In this document: positions 39,791 to 51,448 of the stretch, piece by piece
Numbering within the stretch: position 1 is the first letter of the stretch
How the letters are laid out: each line of letters opens with the position of its first letter
Origin: Pelagomonas calceolata
Taxonomy: Eukaryota
Reading direction: 5' to 3'
Assembly (NCBI GenBank): GCA_918797485.1
Contig: CAKKNE010000001.1
Coordinates: 3,596,001-3,660,000 of the forward strand
DNA length: 64,000 bases
Position numbers and translations under genes: made by a program
Notes under the pieces: generated by a model
The model's input: only the letters and a program-made list of their open reading frames with translations
Told to the model about the DNA's origin: nothing
Database searches by the model: none

Positions 39791-40951
39791 ATGGACGAAG
39801 AAGACGACCAGTCCTCCATCGTCGAGAGTTTGAGAGGCGGCCGCCCGGCGCCCCTCGCGCGCCCGCTCCTCGACGACGCCGCAGATGAGCATTCAGACTC
39901 AGTAGAGGTACTGTTTGCCGAAACAGCAAGAGCCCAGCGCCGCGCGACGGACCTGGAGTCCGCGTCGCCGCACTTCGCTTGTGTAATAGGCGCGTTCTCC
40001 CATAGAGCGACGGCCGCCATGCTCGCGCCGCTCTGGTTCGCGACGCTCGTGGGGCCCTACTTCACGGGCCCGTCGCTGTTTATTGGCGACGGCGGCTGGC
40101 TCGGTGGTTTGGCTTTAACAGCAGCTATCATATCGGTCCCGCTGCAGTACTGGATTAGACATTTAGCGAACAACTGGCCGTCGTCGTACGACGCGTGTCT
40201 GCGGGCCCGCGTCCCTGAAGACGAGGAGGGCGAAGGCACGTCGGCCTCCCTGGAAGTCGCGACGAAGTCTGCAAAGCCGCCCGGTTCGACGATGCTGCGC
40301 CTCGCGGCGGTGCTCGCGCCGCTTTTATCAGTTCTAGGATTTGCGCTCGCCATCGCATTTTATGTTGATGACGTCGAGGGCGCCGCGTGCCTGCGGGTGC
40401 GGACTGACCAGGGCGTCGAGTACGTCGACCGGACCCCCTACTACCCGTGGGACTGCGCCTGGGAAAGCGCGGCGTCGCTCTGCGCGCGGCTGGCCGGCGC
40501 CGTCTGCGCGCCTTTGTCAATTCTACCGCCGGCGGCGTTCGCGGCGCACGCTCTGGCATTGCGGGCGGCGCTGCGGCGCGGCGGAGGTGAGGAGGAGGCG
40601 GCGCCGAAGGCCTTGGTCGACGACGCGAACGACCTCTGGCGGCCCGCCTCAGCTGTGTGGTTCCTGGCATGTTCAGTATTTATGGTGCTCGGCGCGCGCG
40701 ACGCGTGTCGTGGGCCGTCGGCGCGCGGCTGGCTCGCGCGGCACGATCGAGGCGCCGCGGCGGCTGTCTTTGTTTTCGCGGGAGCCGCCGCCGCAGCCCC
40801 GGCGCTCCTGGTCGTCCGGGCGAACGCGGCGCGGCGGGAAGACGACGCGCCGGCGTTCGTGTCGCCGCTGCTCGCGTCGCCGGCGCGCGCGCTCGTCGTG
40901 TGCGCGGGCGTCGTGGGCTGCGGGGTGGTTGCCGCACGTATAAGTTCGTAG
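39791..40951 (+). CDS. Hypothetical multi-pass membrane protein
   Basis: 386 aa with several hydrophobic segments. Confidence 0.55.
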   Translation: MDEEDDQSSIVESLRGGRPAPLARPLLDDAADEHSDSVEVLFAETARAQRRATDLESASPHFACVIGAFSHRATAAMLAPLWFATLVGPYFTGPSLFIGDGGWLGGLALTAAIISVPLQYWIRHLANNWPSSYDACLRARVPEDEEGEGTSASLEVATKSAKPPGSTMLRLAAVLAPLLSVLGFALAIAFYVDDVEGAACLRVRTDQGVEYVDRTPYYPWDCAWESAASLCARLAGAVCAPLSILPPAAFAAHALALRAALRRGGGEEEAAPKALVDDANDLWRPASAVWFLACSVFMVLGARDACRGPSARGWLARHDRGAAAAVFVFAGAAAAAPALLVVRANAARREDDAPAFVSPLLASPARALVVCAGVVGCGVVAARISS

Positions 40952-41307
40952 TGTGCTCGTCAGGCATCGCGCGAAAGGTCGGAAAACCGCCGCGACGACG
41001 GACCGCTTTCCTAGCCCGACGGACGGACGGTCTCGGGGGAGCGGGAGCCCTTGAAAGCCGTCGATCTCAGTGCAATCCGGGCGCAGGGATGCCTCCAGGG
41101 CTCCTGACTTCCTCGAAAAACCCGAACCCGAACCTAATCCGAGATTTTTGCGCAGCTTGCGCGTCGCGTCTTGCGCAAGCAAAAGATGCGGAACACGTAG
41201 CAAGCATCCGCAGCGGATCGCCTAGTCCATTTATCCGGCTGCCCTGCGCCGTGCAGCCGCAGCACGCATCGATTTACCAGCGGGTGACAGAGGCCAGGGT
41301 CAGGGTC

Positions 41308-42768
41308 ATGCCTCGGCTGCGCGGCGCGGCCATGCTGCTCGTCGTGACGGCGGCAGCCAATACCACAAAAACAAACCAAACCAAGAGCCTCGCGGCCGTC
41401 GTCGAGGACGCCATGAAGGCCTCAGTCAAGCAGTACAAACAGGTGAAGACAAAGGAGGACGCGGCACAAATCGTGCGCGACATCTTTTCCGTACCGAGCA
41501 AGGAGGAGACGAACCTCGGGAAAATCCTGATCCTGAACGGGAAGGTGTTCGCCAATAGGCACGAGGGCAAGGTCTACGGCCACTTGGTCAATACGGCGCG
41601 CGCCCTGATGGAGAAAAACGACGTGGGCAACCTGGCCTACCTCCACGAGTCGGGGGCCTCGGGCCGGTGCGCCACGAACCAAACCGGCAAGAAAATTACA
41701 GATTTACCATCGACGTTGATCGCGCGGGACGGCTACTCTTCTTCTAGGTGTGGTGTATTGGTGCCGAACCCGTATTTTGGCAATTTTGACCACCGGCAAG
41801 GGGAGGACGACCGGCTCCTGCGCGCGGCCGCTTTAAATGAATACGACGCGCGCACACCTAGAGCGTTCTGGCGCGGCCACCTCCGCCAGATGCGGTCCGT
41901 GCATACAAAGGAGGGCGTGTTGTACGACAAGAACGAGAAGCCTTGGAAGGTGCACCGCTTCTGCGAGCGCGAGAACGGCAACATCGCGCGCTTCCAGGGT
42001 TTTTTGTTGACATTACAACGGCCCCACCTGTTCGACGTAAAAGCCCAAAAGATCGATGGGGAAAATCGGTGGTTTACCCCTTCATATCTGCGCCGGCACA
42101 ACTGCACCCGCGGCCTCTTTGATGAAATGCGGCCGGGCTACCTTGAAGAATTACTAGCGAAATTCAAAAACGGGGGTGCGCAGGAGGCCAAACACACCGC
42201 CCCCGTCGACTACGCCAAGTACAGGATCCTGGCGCACTTCCCGGGCGGCACGAGCGGATCATATAGCAGAAACCTGAACCACCTCTGGGCCATGGGCGCG
42301 CCGGTCATGATCTGGGACCACCCGGCCCAGGAGCACTACTACGCCGCCCTCGAGGACGGCGTGACGCACGTCGTGTTCAACGCGACGACCGCCTTCGGCG
42401 TTGCGGAGCACCTTATAAGGCACAAAAGAGGTTTCACAAAGCGACTGCGCGATGGGGCTGCGAGGGTGCAGCGGGAGCTAACCTGCGCTCAATGTTTGAA
42501 CCGTTATTTCCTTGCGACCCTCGCGGAGCTGCGGCAACGCTTCCGCGGCGACCTCGCGCTGGGCAGCCGCGAGGCCGCGCGGGCGACGCTCCGCGGCGTC
42601 AACTGCTCGGGCCACGATTTGGTCGAGTACGTGGCCGACGACCGGATGACGATGTCCACAAAAAGTACGGACCGGGGCATCCGGTCGCTGCCGCCGGCGA
42701 CGACGCGGGCGGAGAAGGGCGAGGACCCGCGCTGCCTCGCCGTCCTCGACCGCGCGTTCGGTGTGTGA
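41308..42768 (+). CDS. Glycosyltransferase family 90 (CAP10/POGLUT-like)
   Basis: Signal peptide, RAFWRG, YAKYRILAHFPG..YSRNL..L, EHYYAALEDGVTHV. Confidence 0.78.
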   Translation: MPRLRGAAMLLVVTAAANTTKTNQTKSLAAVVEDAMKASVKQYKQVKTKEDAAQIVRDIFSVPSKEETNLGKILILNGKVFANRHEGKVYGHLVNTARALMEKNDVGNLAYLHESGASGRCATNQTGKKITDLPSTLIARDGYSSSRCGVLVPNPYFGNFDHRQGEDDRLLRAAALNEYDARTPRAFWRGHLRQMRSVHTKEGVLYDKNEKPWKVHRFCERENGNIARFQGFLLTLQRPHLFDVKAQKIDGENRWFTPSYLRRHNCTRGLFDEMRPGYLEELLAKFKNGGAQEAKHTAPVDYAKYRILAHFPGGTSGSYSRNLNHLWAMGAPVMIWDHPAQEHYYAALEDGVTHVVFNATTAFGVAEHLIRHKRGFTKRLRDGAARVQRELTCAQCLNRYFLATLAELRQRFRGDLALGSREAARATLRGVNCSGHDLVEYVADDRMTMSTKSTDRGIRSLPPATTRAEKGEDPRCLAVLDRAFGV

Positions 42769-42806
42769 GTTTTCGTGTAAGACAGAGTTCATGTTAGGCT
42801 ATAAAT

Positions 42807-45800
42807 TTAAGTACCCGTCACCCTGTCTTTCCATTCCTCCCCCGTGATGCCCTCCCGGAAATATGAATGGGCCGCAACGAAGCCCGCGGGCGGTCCGTGC
42901 CTAAAGGGCCGGTCCCCCAGGTTCACGGCGCACGCGAAGCCGTAGCCTCCCGTCACCGCCGGCGCGAGGCCGTTCTCGGGCATGGTGATGCCGCGGAACG
43001 CGACGCCGTCGGGGCCGCTCCACACTCCATTCAGTGCGAAGGAGAGGTCGCCGCGCGCTAGGTCCGCCGCGCATCCGATGACGTCGCCGTCGCGCCACTT
43101 TCGCGCCGTCCGGTACGGCGTATCACCGCCGGCCCATTTTTTCAAGCGGATGCCGTCAACGCCCCATGAGACCTGGTCGTCGCCGACGCCGTCGCCGGAC
43201 TCCTGGTCGCACCGCACGACGGTGCCGATCCAGCCCAGCTGGACGACCCCCACGCACCGCTCGATGACGACCTCGAAGAAGACGCGCGCGTTCCGCGGGG
43301 CCCGGGCCCGTTCTGCGCACAACCTGTGTAGAAATCAAGATTTCACGGCGCCTTCGTGCTGACATGTCACGTCAACCTCAACGCCATCGACGCGACGTCT
43401 GCACACCCGACGCACTGGTTGATTTCCACACAGCGCAAAACGTGTTAAACCCGACGAAGCTGCACCGATGGTTCTCTTCACCGACGGTCGACTGCGTCGG
43501 CCGGCCGCGCACGCGCTCGAGGGGGCACCGTTCTAACCGAACCTGACGGCGGGCCCGTTTCCGTTCCACGGCGACCCAGCGGTCCGAGGAGTACGCCGTG
43601 AGATTGGCGTCGGTCGAAAGCACGCCCTTGAGGTCCGCGGCCGTACATATTTCCCCTGGGAACAGTGCGGTCGTCGTCGCGCCGGCCGCGAGGAGGATCC
43701 GGGCGCAGGCGCAGTGGCCGCCCGTCACTGCATGCGCGAGCGGCGTGACGCCGCAGCAGTCCCTCGCCTCGACGGACCCCTCGGCGCTCAGCAGCAACCG
43801 CAACACGGCCGAGTTGCCGTGCTGCGCTGTCAGATGCACGGCCGTCCGCCCGTCTAAAGCAGAAGAATTCGTCGACGCCCCGTGCCGCAGCAGGTGGTGC
43901 GCCACGCGCGCCGCGCGCCCTCGCGCGTCGGACGCGTGCCGCGCCGCGCCGGCCTCTGCGGCGATCATGAGCGCCGTCCTACCGAGGTCGTCGCGCATCT
44001 CGACGCACTGCGGCTGCCGCCGCACGAGCACGCGCGTGACATCAGCATTCGCCCCGTAGGCGGCGTTCATCAGCGGCGTGCAGCCGTCCTCGGCGTCGGC
44101 GCGCGACGCGTCGGCGCCGTGGTCCAGCAGGATCTCAACTACCAGAGCGTGGCCGCAGAGCGCCGCGACGCCGAGGGCCGTGTCGCCGTTCCTGTCCTTC
44201 GCCTCGACATCGACGCCTCTTTCTAGAAGGAGGAAAGCGCATTCTGCTCGGCCCTGGCTTGCCGCACACAACAAAGCCGTGTAGCCACCTCCGTCCTTGC
44301 GCTGGGGGTCCGCGCCGCGCTCCAGTAATAATGAAGCCACCTCCCTGGATCCGTGGCAGCACGCCGCCATGAGCGCGCTCCAGCCGTCGCCGAGGCAGCC
44401 ATCGACGTCGGCGCCGTGGTCCAAGAGCAACCGCGCGACCTCGACGTGGCCGTAGTTGCACGCCGCCAGCAGCGCCGTGTAGCCGTCGGCCGTCGCGTCG
44501 CCCACGAAATCTGTGGAGACGCCGTCGAGTAGTAATGCGGCGACGTCGGCGTGGCCGTCCTTGGCGCAGGCCATGAGCGCCGTATACCCATCTCGTGTCT
44601 TCGCTCTTCTATTCGCACCCCGCTCCACCAAAATCTCGCACACGTCCGCATGACCGTTCTGCGCGGCGAGCATCAGGCCCGTCCAGCCTTCATCATCAGC
44701 ATAAGCCGGGTCGGCGCCGGCCTCGATCAGGACGCGGGCCACCTCCGCGAACCCCGAGAACGCCGCGGCCTGGAGCGCCGTCGCGCCGTTCGCGCCGCGG
44801 ACCGTGCTCCGCAACGCCGCGTGGCGACATAGCAGGGCCAGCGTCTCCGGCTTGTTGGCCCGCCCCGCGGCCCGCAGCACGCAGACGCCGCGCGCATCCG
44901 TCCGCGTCGCGTCGCCGCCGACCCGGTCCAACAGGAACCGGCAGCACACTGTGGAAGGCGCCTGCACGGCGGCGTGCAGCGGCGACGAGGGGAAGCCCCG
45001 ACCAGTCGGGTCGCAGCTGAACTCGTCCACGAGAGCCGCGACGACGGCGACGCGGCCCGCGCGCGCCGCCGCGCAGAGCGCCGCGAAGCAAACCTTCGCG
45101 AAGCGCGCTCGCGCCGGCGCGTCGGCGTCGGCCGGGGCCTCGAGCGTCGCCCGGTACGGTTCCAGCCGCTTGGCCGCCCACTTTATCTTCCTTTTCGGAG
45201 GGAGCCGCCCCTCCGTGGCTTCGTTCTCCACGTAGAGCTCGCACGCGTCGAGGAGGTCACGCTGCCGCGCGGTGATGTGAAAGACGGGCGTGGACCGGAA
45301 GCAGCGCAGCCAGTTGTCGCCCGCGCTCTCGTCGAGCGATCTCGTGGTCGCGGCGCGCTCGGAGGGGAGCAGCGCGGCCGCCTGGGCGAGCACCGATGCC
45401 TGGTGGCCCGTGGCGCAGCAGGTGTACCTCGAGGCGCCCCTCCTCGCGAGCACGCGCGCACACTCCGCGCGGCCCTCGCGCGCGGCCCGGTGGACGATGC
45501 CGTCGTGGCGCTTCGCCGACACGGGCGTGATCAGGTCGACGCCCCGCGCCGTCCCCAGCTCGTCGAGGAACGCGGCGCAGCCCTCGGTCGCCGCCGCGCG
45601 GCACAAGGCCGCGACACCGCACCGCACCGCGCGGCGGACGCGCCACCGGGCCACGACTAATGGCGTGGCGGCCTCCGCCCGCCGCCACGCCTCCGAGTTC
45701 CGCGGCGCGCCGACCGCGACGAGCCGCACGGCGACCGACGACGTGTTGTCCTGCGACGGTCGTACGACCTGTGTTGAAATCAACCAGTGAGTTGGATGAT

Positions 45801-47038
45801 ATCGCGTCAATGGCGTGGGGCGCCTGAAATTATATGATTTCCACACAGTTCATGACAGTGCAGGGCCGCGTCGACGCGCCGCCGTGCTCTTCGCAGAGTA
45901 AGACGTGGTCGCCGGCCGCGAGGGGCTTCGCCGCCGCCGCCAGCGCGTCCAGGTACTTGCCGCGCGCCTCCGACGCGGCGGCTTCGAACGCGTAGAGCTG
46001 CGGCAAGCGGAACGAGCGCTTCTGCCACCGCGACGACGCGTAGGAGCCCTTGGGGCCCGCCAGCAGCTCTGCGGTGCGCTTGCGCGCAACGAGCGCCGCG
46101 AGCAAGCGCGGATGCGCCACCTCGATGGTGTCGTCGCCCGCGGCGGCGAAGGGCGGGGCCTGGCCGCGAAGGGCGAGCTCGAACCACGCGCGCGGGTCGG
46201 CGCCCCGCCGCGACGCGCGATCCTGGCGGCTCGCGGCGGCCGAGCGCGGCGCGGCGGCGCAGGCGCGCCGCACGGCCTCCAGCGTCATGCGGCCATCCTC
46301 GACGTCGGCCGCCGCGGCGCCCACGGCGAGGATGAGGTCGAGGGCCTGGCACAAGGGGACGTCCAGCGCTTCGGCCGTCCGCCCGCCCATCTCGTCGAGC
46401 GCCGCCGCGAGAGCAACGAGCTCGTGCTGCAGGCGGTTGCCGTCGGACGCCTGCTGGGCCGTGGTCTCGAGGGCGAGGCGCCGGACCACGCGGCGCGCCC
46501 GCGCCGCCGGGCCCAGCTTCGACGTGTCTAGAATGAGCACGCCGCAGTCGGCCAGCGCGTCCGCGGCGCCCGTCGCCACGACGCGCACGCCGGGGGGCGC
46601 GGCCTGCGGCCGGTAGAGCCCGCCCTCGGTCGCTTCGAGTGCGACGTTCGCGTGGGTCCCGTCCGCCGCCTCGATCACGACGAGGCGTCGGTCCGCAGCC
46701 GCCATTGAGAGCTTCCGCCGCGACGCGTGGGACCTCACCAGAGACGCCAAGGGCTGGGCCTCCGTCGCTGTCGTGAGCGCCAATTTCACAGGCGTGCGGG
46801 CCGCCTCGGCGCACGTCCTGGACGTCGCGTCGAGCGCGGCCAGCGGCGCCGCGCACCCGCACCACTCCACCAGCTGCGCCACGAGGTTGAAATGCGTCGC
46901 GTCCCTGGTGAGGACGCGCTCGAGGCAGGCGGCGCCCGGTTTTGTCGTGGGGCGTTTGTTGCTGGCCGCCGGTTCCGCGCGTGTGCTAGCCGCTGGTGCG
47001 GGCTCGCGGCGCTTGCGTGTGCTGGGTTTGCGGGCCAT
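42807..47038 (-). CDS. Ankyrin-repeat + C-terminal SPRY-domain protein; three exons (47038-45857, 45768-43442, 43323-42807), about 1341 aa
   Basis: Many G.TAL..A...GH ankyrin repeats; SPRY motifs VQLGW, GVGDD..SWGVDG, GDVIGC..D, NLG..PF; removing two GT-AG introner introns fuses three ORFs in frame. Confidence 0.82.
43324..43433. mobile_element. Introner element, 110 bp (intron 43324-43441 on minus strand)
   Basis: TIR CTGTGTAGAAATCAA / TTGATTTCCACACAG; TSD CGCACAAC / CGCAAAAC. Confidence 0.88.
45769..45848. mobile_element. Introner element, 80 bp, degenerate (intron 45769-45856 on minus strand)
   Basis: TIR CTGTGTTGAAATCAA / ATGATTTCCACACAG; TSD decayed (CGTACGAC vs TTCATGAC). Confidence 0.8.
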
Positions 47039-47227
47039 TTTTTTGCTTTACGTGCTGGGTTATATTGATGCCTTTCCAATGGTTTCCTACCCAGTGGTTC
47101 CTAAGTAAAGAGCTTGACTAGTTCTAGGTCGCTGCGGCTGCGAGGCTCTCTCAGAAATGCTGTCGAGAAAATTCTTTAGCGTGTGACCGCAGTGACTCGA
47201 GCAACGCGTGCGTCGCATCTGAAAATG

Positions 47228-47248
47228 CTAGTATCTAAGTGTCGCTAG
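47228..47248 (-). promoter_or_regulatory. CTAG-bracketed motif variant
   Basis: Reverse complement CTAGCGACACTTAGATACTAG upstream of NPRL3. Confidence 0.4.
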
Positions 47249-47373
47249 CTTCACGCGGCGGCTGCCGCGCTGTTGCGGATAAGAATTCGTGGAGACGTCG
47301 TACCTATCCGTCCGTCGATTATACCAAGAGCTCGCGAACTGCCGTGCCGTGCTAAAAAAACCATACCACACGG

Positions 47374-48894
47374 ATGGAGGCCCCAGGCGTGCGCCTCCGC
47401 GGCTTAGCCCTGGTAGTAGAAAAGGACGCCGGCCCGCGCTTAGCGCTGCGCTACGACCCCTGCCCCGACTGCGACGAGGGGCGCCTCTTCCGCGACCTCA
47501 GCCCTACGGACCTGGCCAAGCTCTTCTCGCAGCCGCGCGCGAAGACGGACCAGCTCGTCGAGGTGCAGCTCGACGGTTTATTAGTAGTGAGCTGCCCGGC
47601 CGAGGTCGGAGACGTGGCGGAGAATGAAGATGAAGTCGTCTGGGGCGAGGTCGACGTGGCTGCCGACGCCGCGGCACCGCCGCCGCCGCGCCTCAAGCGC
47701 TTCGACGTGCTCTGGGCGGCGACGGCCGCGCGCGCGGGCGACCTTAATAACGCCTGGACGCTCGAGTCGTTGGAAAGAGCGGCGAAGGACGTGCGCGCGG
47801 CGCTGCGGCATGAAGAAAGACGCTGCGGCTACGTTTCCAGAGAGAGCGCGGCGATGCTCGCCGCGGACGATTGTTCGATCGAGGCGCTGAAAAAGGCGTC
47901 TTCATTAGCACGGGAGCTTTCACAAGTACTGGACGGGGCGATGGCGCACGGCGCCGCGGCGGCCAAATTTAATGGATGGGTCGCCGTGCGCAGCCGCCTC
48001 GCGCCGATGGTAACGGGGGGAGACGACGAGAATGCTGATGAAGACGACGACGAGGAGGAAGAAGCGCCGGGTGACGACGAACATGCGGGCGAGAGCGACG
48101 ATGATGATGTTGAGGATACGGCGTCGGAGAACGACGAAGACGACGTCGATCCAAGATTAGCGGCGGCGCGGCGCGCTCGTAGAAGGCGGACCCGGCGGAG
48201 ATATAGGCCCTACGAAACTTTATTACTCCTCGAGGACGCCGCATCCACGCTACGCGACTTACCGAGAGACGCGGCGCCTCAATTAAGAGCGCTGGTCGCG
48301 CACGCGGACCCCTTCGCCACCTTCCACGCCATCGCGGCGAGGGCGGGTTTACCATTGCCGCGCGTTTATAGATTGGCGCGCCACCTGTGCGAGTGGAAGC
48401 GCGCGCGCGTCATCGCGGTCGTGCGGCCCGACGCCGTCTACGCTGTTGATGAGGTGCCCTCATCAATCCCGGTGGACGCGCGCGACGCGGTGCGCGCGTC
48501 GGACGCCATGATTCTCGCCGCCTTCGGCCCGTGCAAGCGCCTGGGCGATGCATTGGATGTGCTGGAAACTACCAGAGGGCGCGACGCCGCGACGGAGCGC
48601 GTGCTTGCGTTATTACGGCGGGGCGCGCTGCGCGAGCTCCACACGTACGTCTTGCGCGTCGACGCGGCGCCGCCTCCCGGTTTGGGAGCGGTCGCGACGG
48701 CGGCGCGCGGCAAGCCGGCGCGGGGCGAGCGGTCGGACCACCTTCGTTTATTGCACGTGTTCCGGGCGCTGTCGCCCTGCTTCGACGGGCAGCACTCGCT
48801 GCTCGAGATGATGTGGCGCCAGGACCTGTCCCAGGCGGAAGTGGATGCGGCGCTGCGGGCGTTCTCGGATTTGGTGGTGACGGTGCAGCGGTAG
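47374..48894 (+). CDS. NPRL3: GATOR1 subunit NPRL3/Npr3-like
   Basis: AL.HEE.RCGYVSRE, RPYETLLLL, VYRLARHL..W..ARVI, FDGQHSLLEMMW. Confidence 0.85.
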   Translation: MEAPGVRLRGLALVVEKDAGPRLALRYDPCPDCDEGRLFRDLSPTDLAKLFSQPRAKTDQLVEVQLDGLLVVSCPAEVGDVAENEDEVVWGEVDVAADAAAPPPPRLKRFDVLWAATAARAGDLNNAWTLESLERAAKDVRAALRHEERRCGYVSRESAAMLAADDCSIEALKKASSLARELSQVLDGAMAHGAAAAKFNGWVAVRSRLAPMVTGGDDENADEDDDEEEEAPGDDEHAGESDDDDVEDTASENDEDDVDPRLAAARRARRRRTRRRYRPYETLLLLEDAASTLRDLPRDAAPQLRALVAHADPFATFHAIAARAGLPLPRVYRLARHLCEWKRARVIAVVRPDAVYAVDEVPSSIPVDARDAVRASDAMILAAFGPCKRLGDALDVLETTRGRDAATERVLALLRRGALRELHTYVLRVDAAPPPGLGAVATAARGKPARGERSDHLRLLHVFRALSPCFDGQHSLLEMMWRQDLSQAEVDAALRAFSDLVVTVQR

Positions 48895-49201
48895 TATGTG
48901 TGCCGCTGTATAAGTCTGTTGTGTAAAAACGAGTTTTCGCGGGAGAACCCGTTTTGGGGTGCAATTGCGCGGGCAGAATTGAAATTAATTGAGCATCCGG
49001 CCGCGCTACGCGCTGCTACAGGCAAACGCAGACCTCAGGGTCTCGACGGGGTCTAAAGCACACAGCGCTGCGCTGCGCTCGGTCGGCAAGGCCCGCGGTT
49101 TGTTAGCTTAGGCATAGAGCAGCCAGAGCAGCGCTCAGTACCGCGCGCGCCGCTGAAGAACTGGTTGAGCTGTCAGGCTCGCACGCGGCCTCGCCGTAGA
49201 A

Positions 49202-51409
49202 ATGGACAACCGCTGCAACTGCGCGAACTGCCGCCGCGCGAGGAGGGCGCAGGCGTCGCCCGTCGACACGAGTTTTGATGGATGGGTCGTACTGAGAGAT
49301 TTAGTCGACGAACTGCTAAACGGGGACGCGCCGGGCGAGGCCCTGGCCGCGCTGCGCCGCATGGTCGACGACTACGCCTTCGACGAGGCCGGCGAGGCCT
49401 TGGTGAGGGCGCCGGGCGCCGTCGAGGCGCTTTTAAACCATGTGACGGACGCCGCCCATCGGGAGACGGCCGTGAGCATCCTCGCGAGTTGTGTGAGGGC
49501 GGACCCCGAGGAGTGCGGGCCGGCGGCGCGGGGCGAACTGGCCGAGCCTTTGGTGGATGTCTTCATCGACCACGTCACGGCGCTCCACCGGCACGGCCGC
49601 CACCACGAGAACGCGACGCTTGCCCTCCTCGCCGTCGCCGAGTGCCCGCGCTGGGCGTTATCGGAGGAGGACGACGACGATGAGGACGAGTACACGTGGG
49701 GCGAGGACGGTTTACCAAGGCGCAAGCGGCGGCGGCGCGACGAGGACGCGGCCGAGGCCGACGCGAACTTCGGGGCTTATGTGGCTGCGCCGCTCGCCGC
49801 AGTATTAAAATGCGGCGACGGCGACGCGCGGCGCGACGCGCTCCAGACGCTCGCTTCCATAAGGCTCGAGAGCGGGCCGGAGCGGCCCCATATTGATTAT
49901 CCTGGCCGCAGCGCGGGCCGCTGCGACTGCTCGCCGCGCGTCGGGCGCCTGGTCGAGGCGGGCGTCGTCGCGCCCCTCGCGGCTGTTTTATTGAGGGGCC
50001 ACGGACCGACCGAGCCGGACCCGGAGGACGAGGAAGACTGGGACGAGACGGTGCTCTTCGCGCTGGCGGCGCAGTGCTGCACGCGGCTCCTCGCGGAGGC
50101 GAAGGCGGCCTTCGCGCCGCTCGCCGCCGCGGGCGCCGCGACGCCTCTGGCAAATGCCGTCGTCGCCTTCGCGACGGTTGAAGATGATGACATGGAGGTG
50201 TTTGTGCACGCTTGCGACGCCGCTTCTGCATTATTCGCCCACGCCGCCACCACCTCAATGGTGTTGGATGAAAGAGGATGTGCCGTGCAGCAAGCTAGAG
50301 ATGATGACGGCGTCTTGCAGAGTTTTCTGGATGCGGGCGCCGTCGAGGCCTGCGTGGCGGCGCTCGACCACCCGGAACGGGAAGAGCGCCGCGCCGCGGC
50401 CGTCAATCTTTTGTCAGAGTTCTGCTCGTTCGGGGACGGAGCATCGAGGGTTGTGCGAGAAGCGAACGGCGTGACCAAATTCGTGGAACTGTTGGGAGAG
50501 GACCCTGATGATCATACCGAGACGGCCGCTAACGACCTGTTCACGGCGACGGCGCGCGTCGTCGAGGGCCTGGCGACGGACGACGGCGATCGAGCCGATG
50601 CTTTGGTGGCGGCGGGCGCGCTGCGGCCGCTGAAGCGCGCGGTCGTGGATTCCGTGCGCTACGTGTATTCTGATCGAATACATACGGCGTCGAACAGGCG
50701 AAGAGAGACGTTCCTGCGGGCGGCGATCGCCGCGAACGCTCTAGGCAACGTCGCGGAGCACTCGCCGCCGCCGCCGCCGCCGCCGCGCCGCAAGGGCAAG
50801 GGGCGCGGCGGGCGCCGCCTGCCGTCGCGCGCGATGCGCGTCGCGGCCGACGACGAGCAGGAGCGGGACGGCGACAAGTCGTTCGTCGAGGCGCTCGTCT
50901 TCGTTTTAAGGTTGGCGCCGCCGCGCTACGCGCAGCCGCCCTTCCGCGAGGCGCTGGCCGAGCTGAAGACGTCGGCGACGTGGTGCCTCGCGTCGCTCTG
51001 CGCGCACGACGGGCCGCGGCAGGTCGTCTATGATGCCGACGCGATTCCGCCGCTCGTGGCGCTCCTCGTCGACGCCGAGAATGATTCTAGGTACATCCAC
51101 GACTTCGCCTATCCTGGTTTGAGGCACTCGTTCCGCGAGTACGTTTGCGGCGTCCTTTCCTGCTGTCACGCCATCGCCGCGACATTCGCAACACACAGGT
51201 ACGCGGCGATGGCGCTTCACCGCCTCGCGCGCGTGTCCGCGGCCGCGCGCAAGGACGTCGCGACGCCGGCCGTGATCAGCACGCTGCGCGAGTTCGTCGC
51301 CGCCGAGGACCCGGGCACGGCCGCCGTGGCCCGCACCGCGCTCTCGGAGCTCGGGCTCAGCGTGCCGACGCGGACGATCCCACGCCGGAAGTGCCGACGC
51401 TTGGGCTAA
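49202..51409 (+). CDS. Armadillo-repeat protein
   Basis: Repeated EAGVVAPL/DAGAVEA/ANGVTKFVELL/AAGALRPL/DAIPPLVALL helical repeats. Confidence 0.7.
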   Translation: MDNRCNCANCRRARRAQASPVDTSFDGWVVLRDLVDELLNGDAPGEALAALRRMVDDYAFDEAGEALVRAPGAVEALLNHVTDAAHRETAVSILASCVRADPEECGPAARGELAEPLVDVFIDHVTALHRHGRHHENATLALLAVAECPRWALSEEDDDDEDEYTWGEDGLPRRKRRRRDEDAAEADANFGAYVAAPLAAVLKCGDGDARRDALQTLASIRLESGPERPHIDYPGRSAGRCDCSPRVGRLVEAGVVAPLAAVLLRGHGPTEPDPEDEEDWDETVLFALAAQCCTRLLAEAKAAFAPLAAAGAATPLANAVVAFATVEDDDMEVFVHACDAASALFAHAATTSMVLDERGCAVQQARDDDGVLQSFLDAGAVEACVAALDHPEREERRAAAVNLLSEFCSFGDGASRVVREANGVTKFVELLGEDPDDHTETAANDLFTATARVVEGLATDDGDRADALVAAGALRPLKRAVVDSVRYVYSDRIHTASNRRRETFLRAAIAANALGNVAEHSPPPPPPPRRKGKGRGGRRLPSRAMRVAADDEQERDGDKSFVEALVFVLRLAPPRYAQPPFREALAELKTSATWCLASLCAHDGPRQVVYDADAIPPLVALLVDAENDSRYIHDFAYPGLRHSFREYVCGVLSCCHAIAATFATHRYAAMALHRLARVSAAARKDVATPAVISTLREFVAAEDPGTAAVARTALSELGLSVPTRTIPRRKCRRLG

Positions 51410-51448
51410 GGACCCCTGTATTTACTCAGGCTAGTACTTTTAGTACAC

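Noticed and set aside
40657..41307. 5' extension of the 703-aa GT90 ORF
   Set aside because: Overlaps the upstream gene in a low-complexity frame; the signal peptide begins at ATG 41308.
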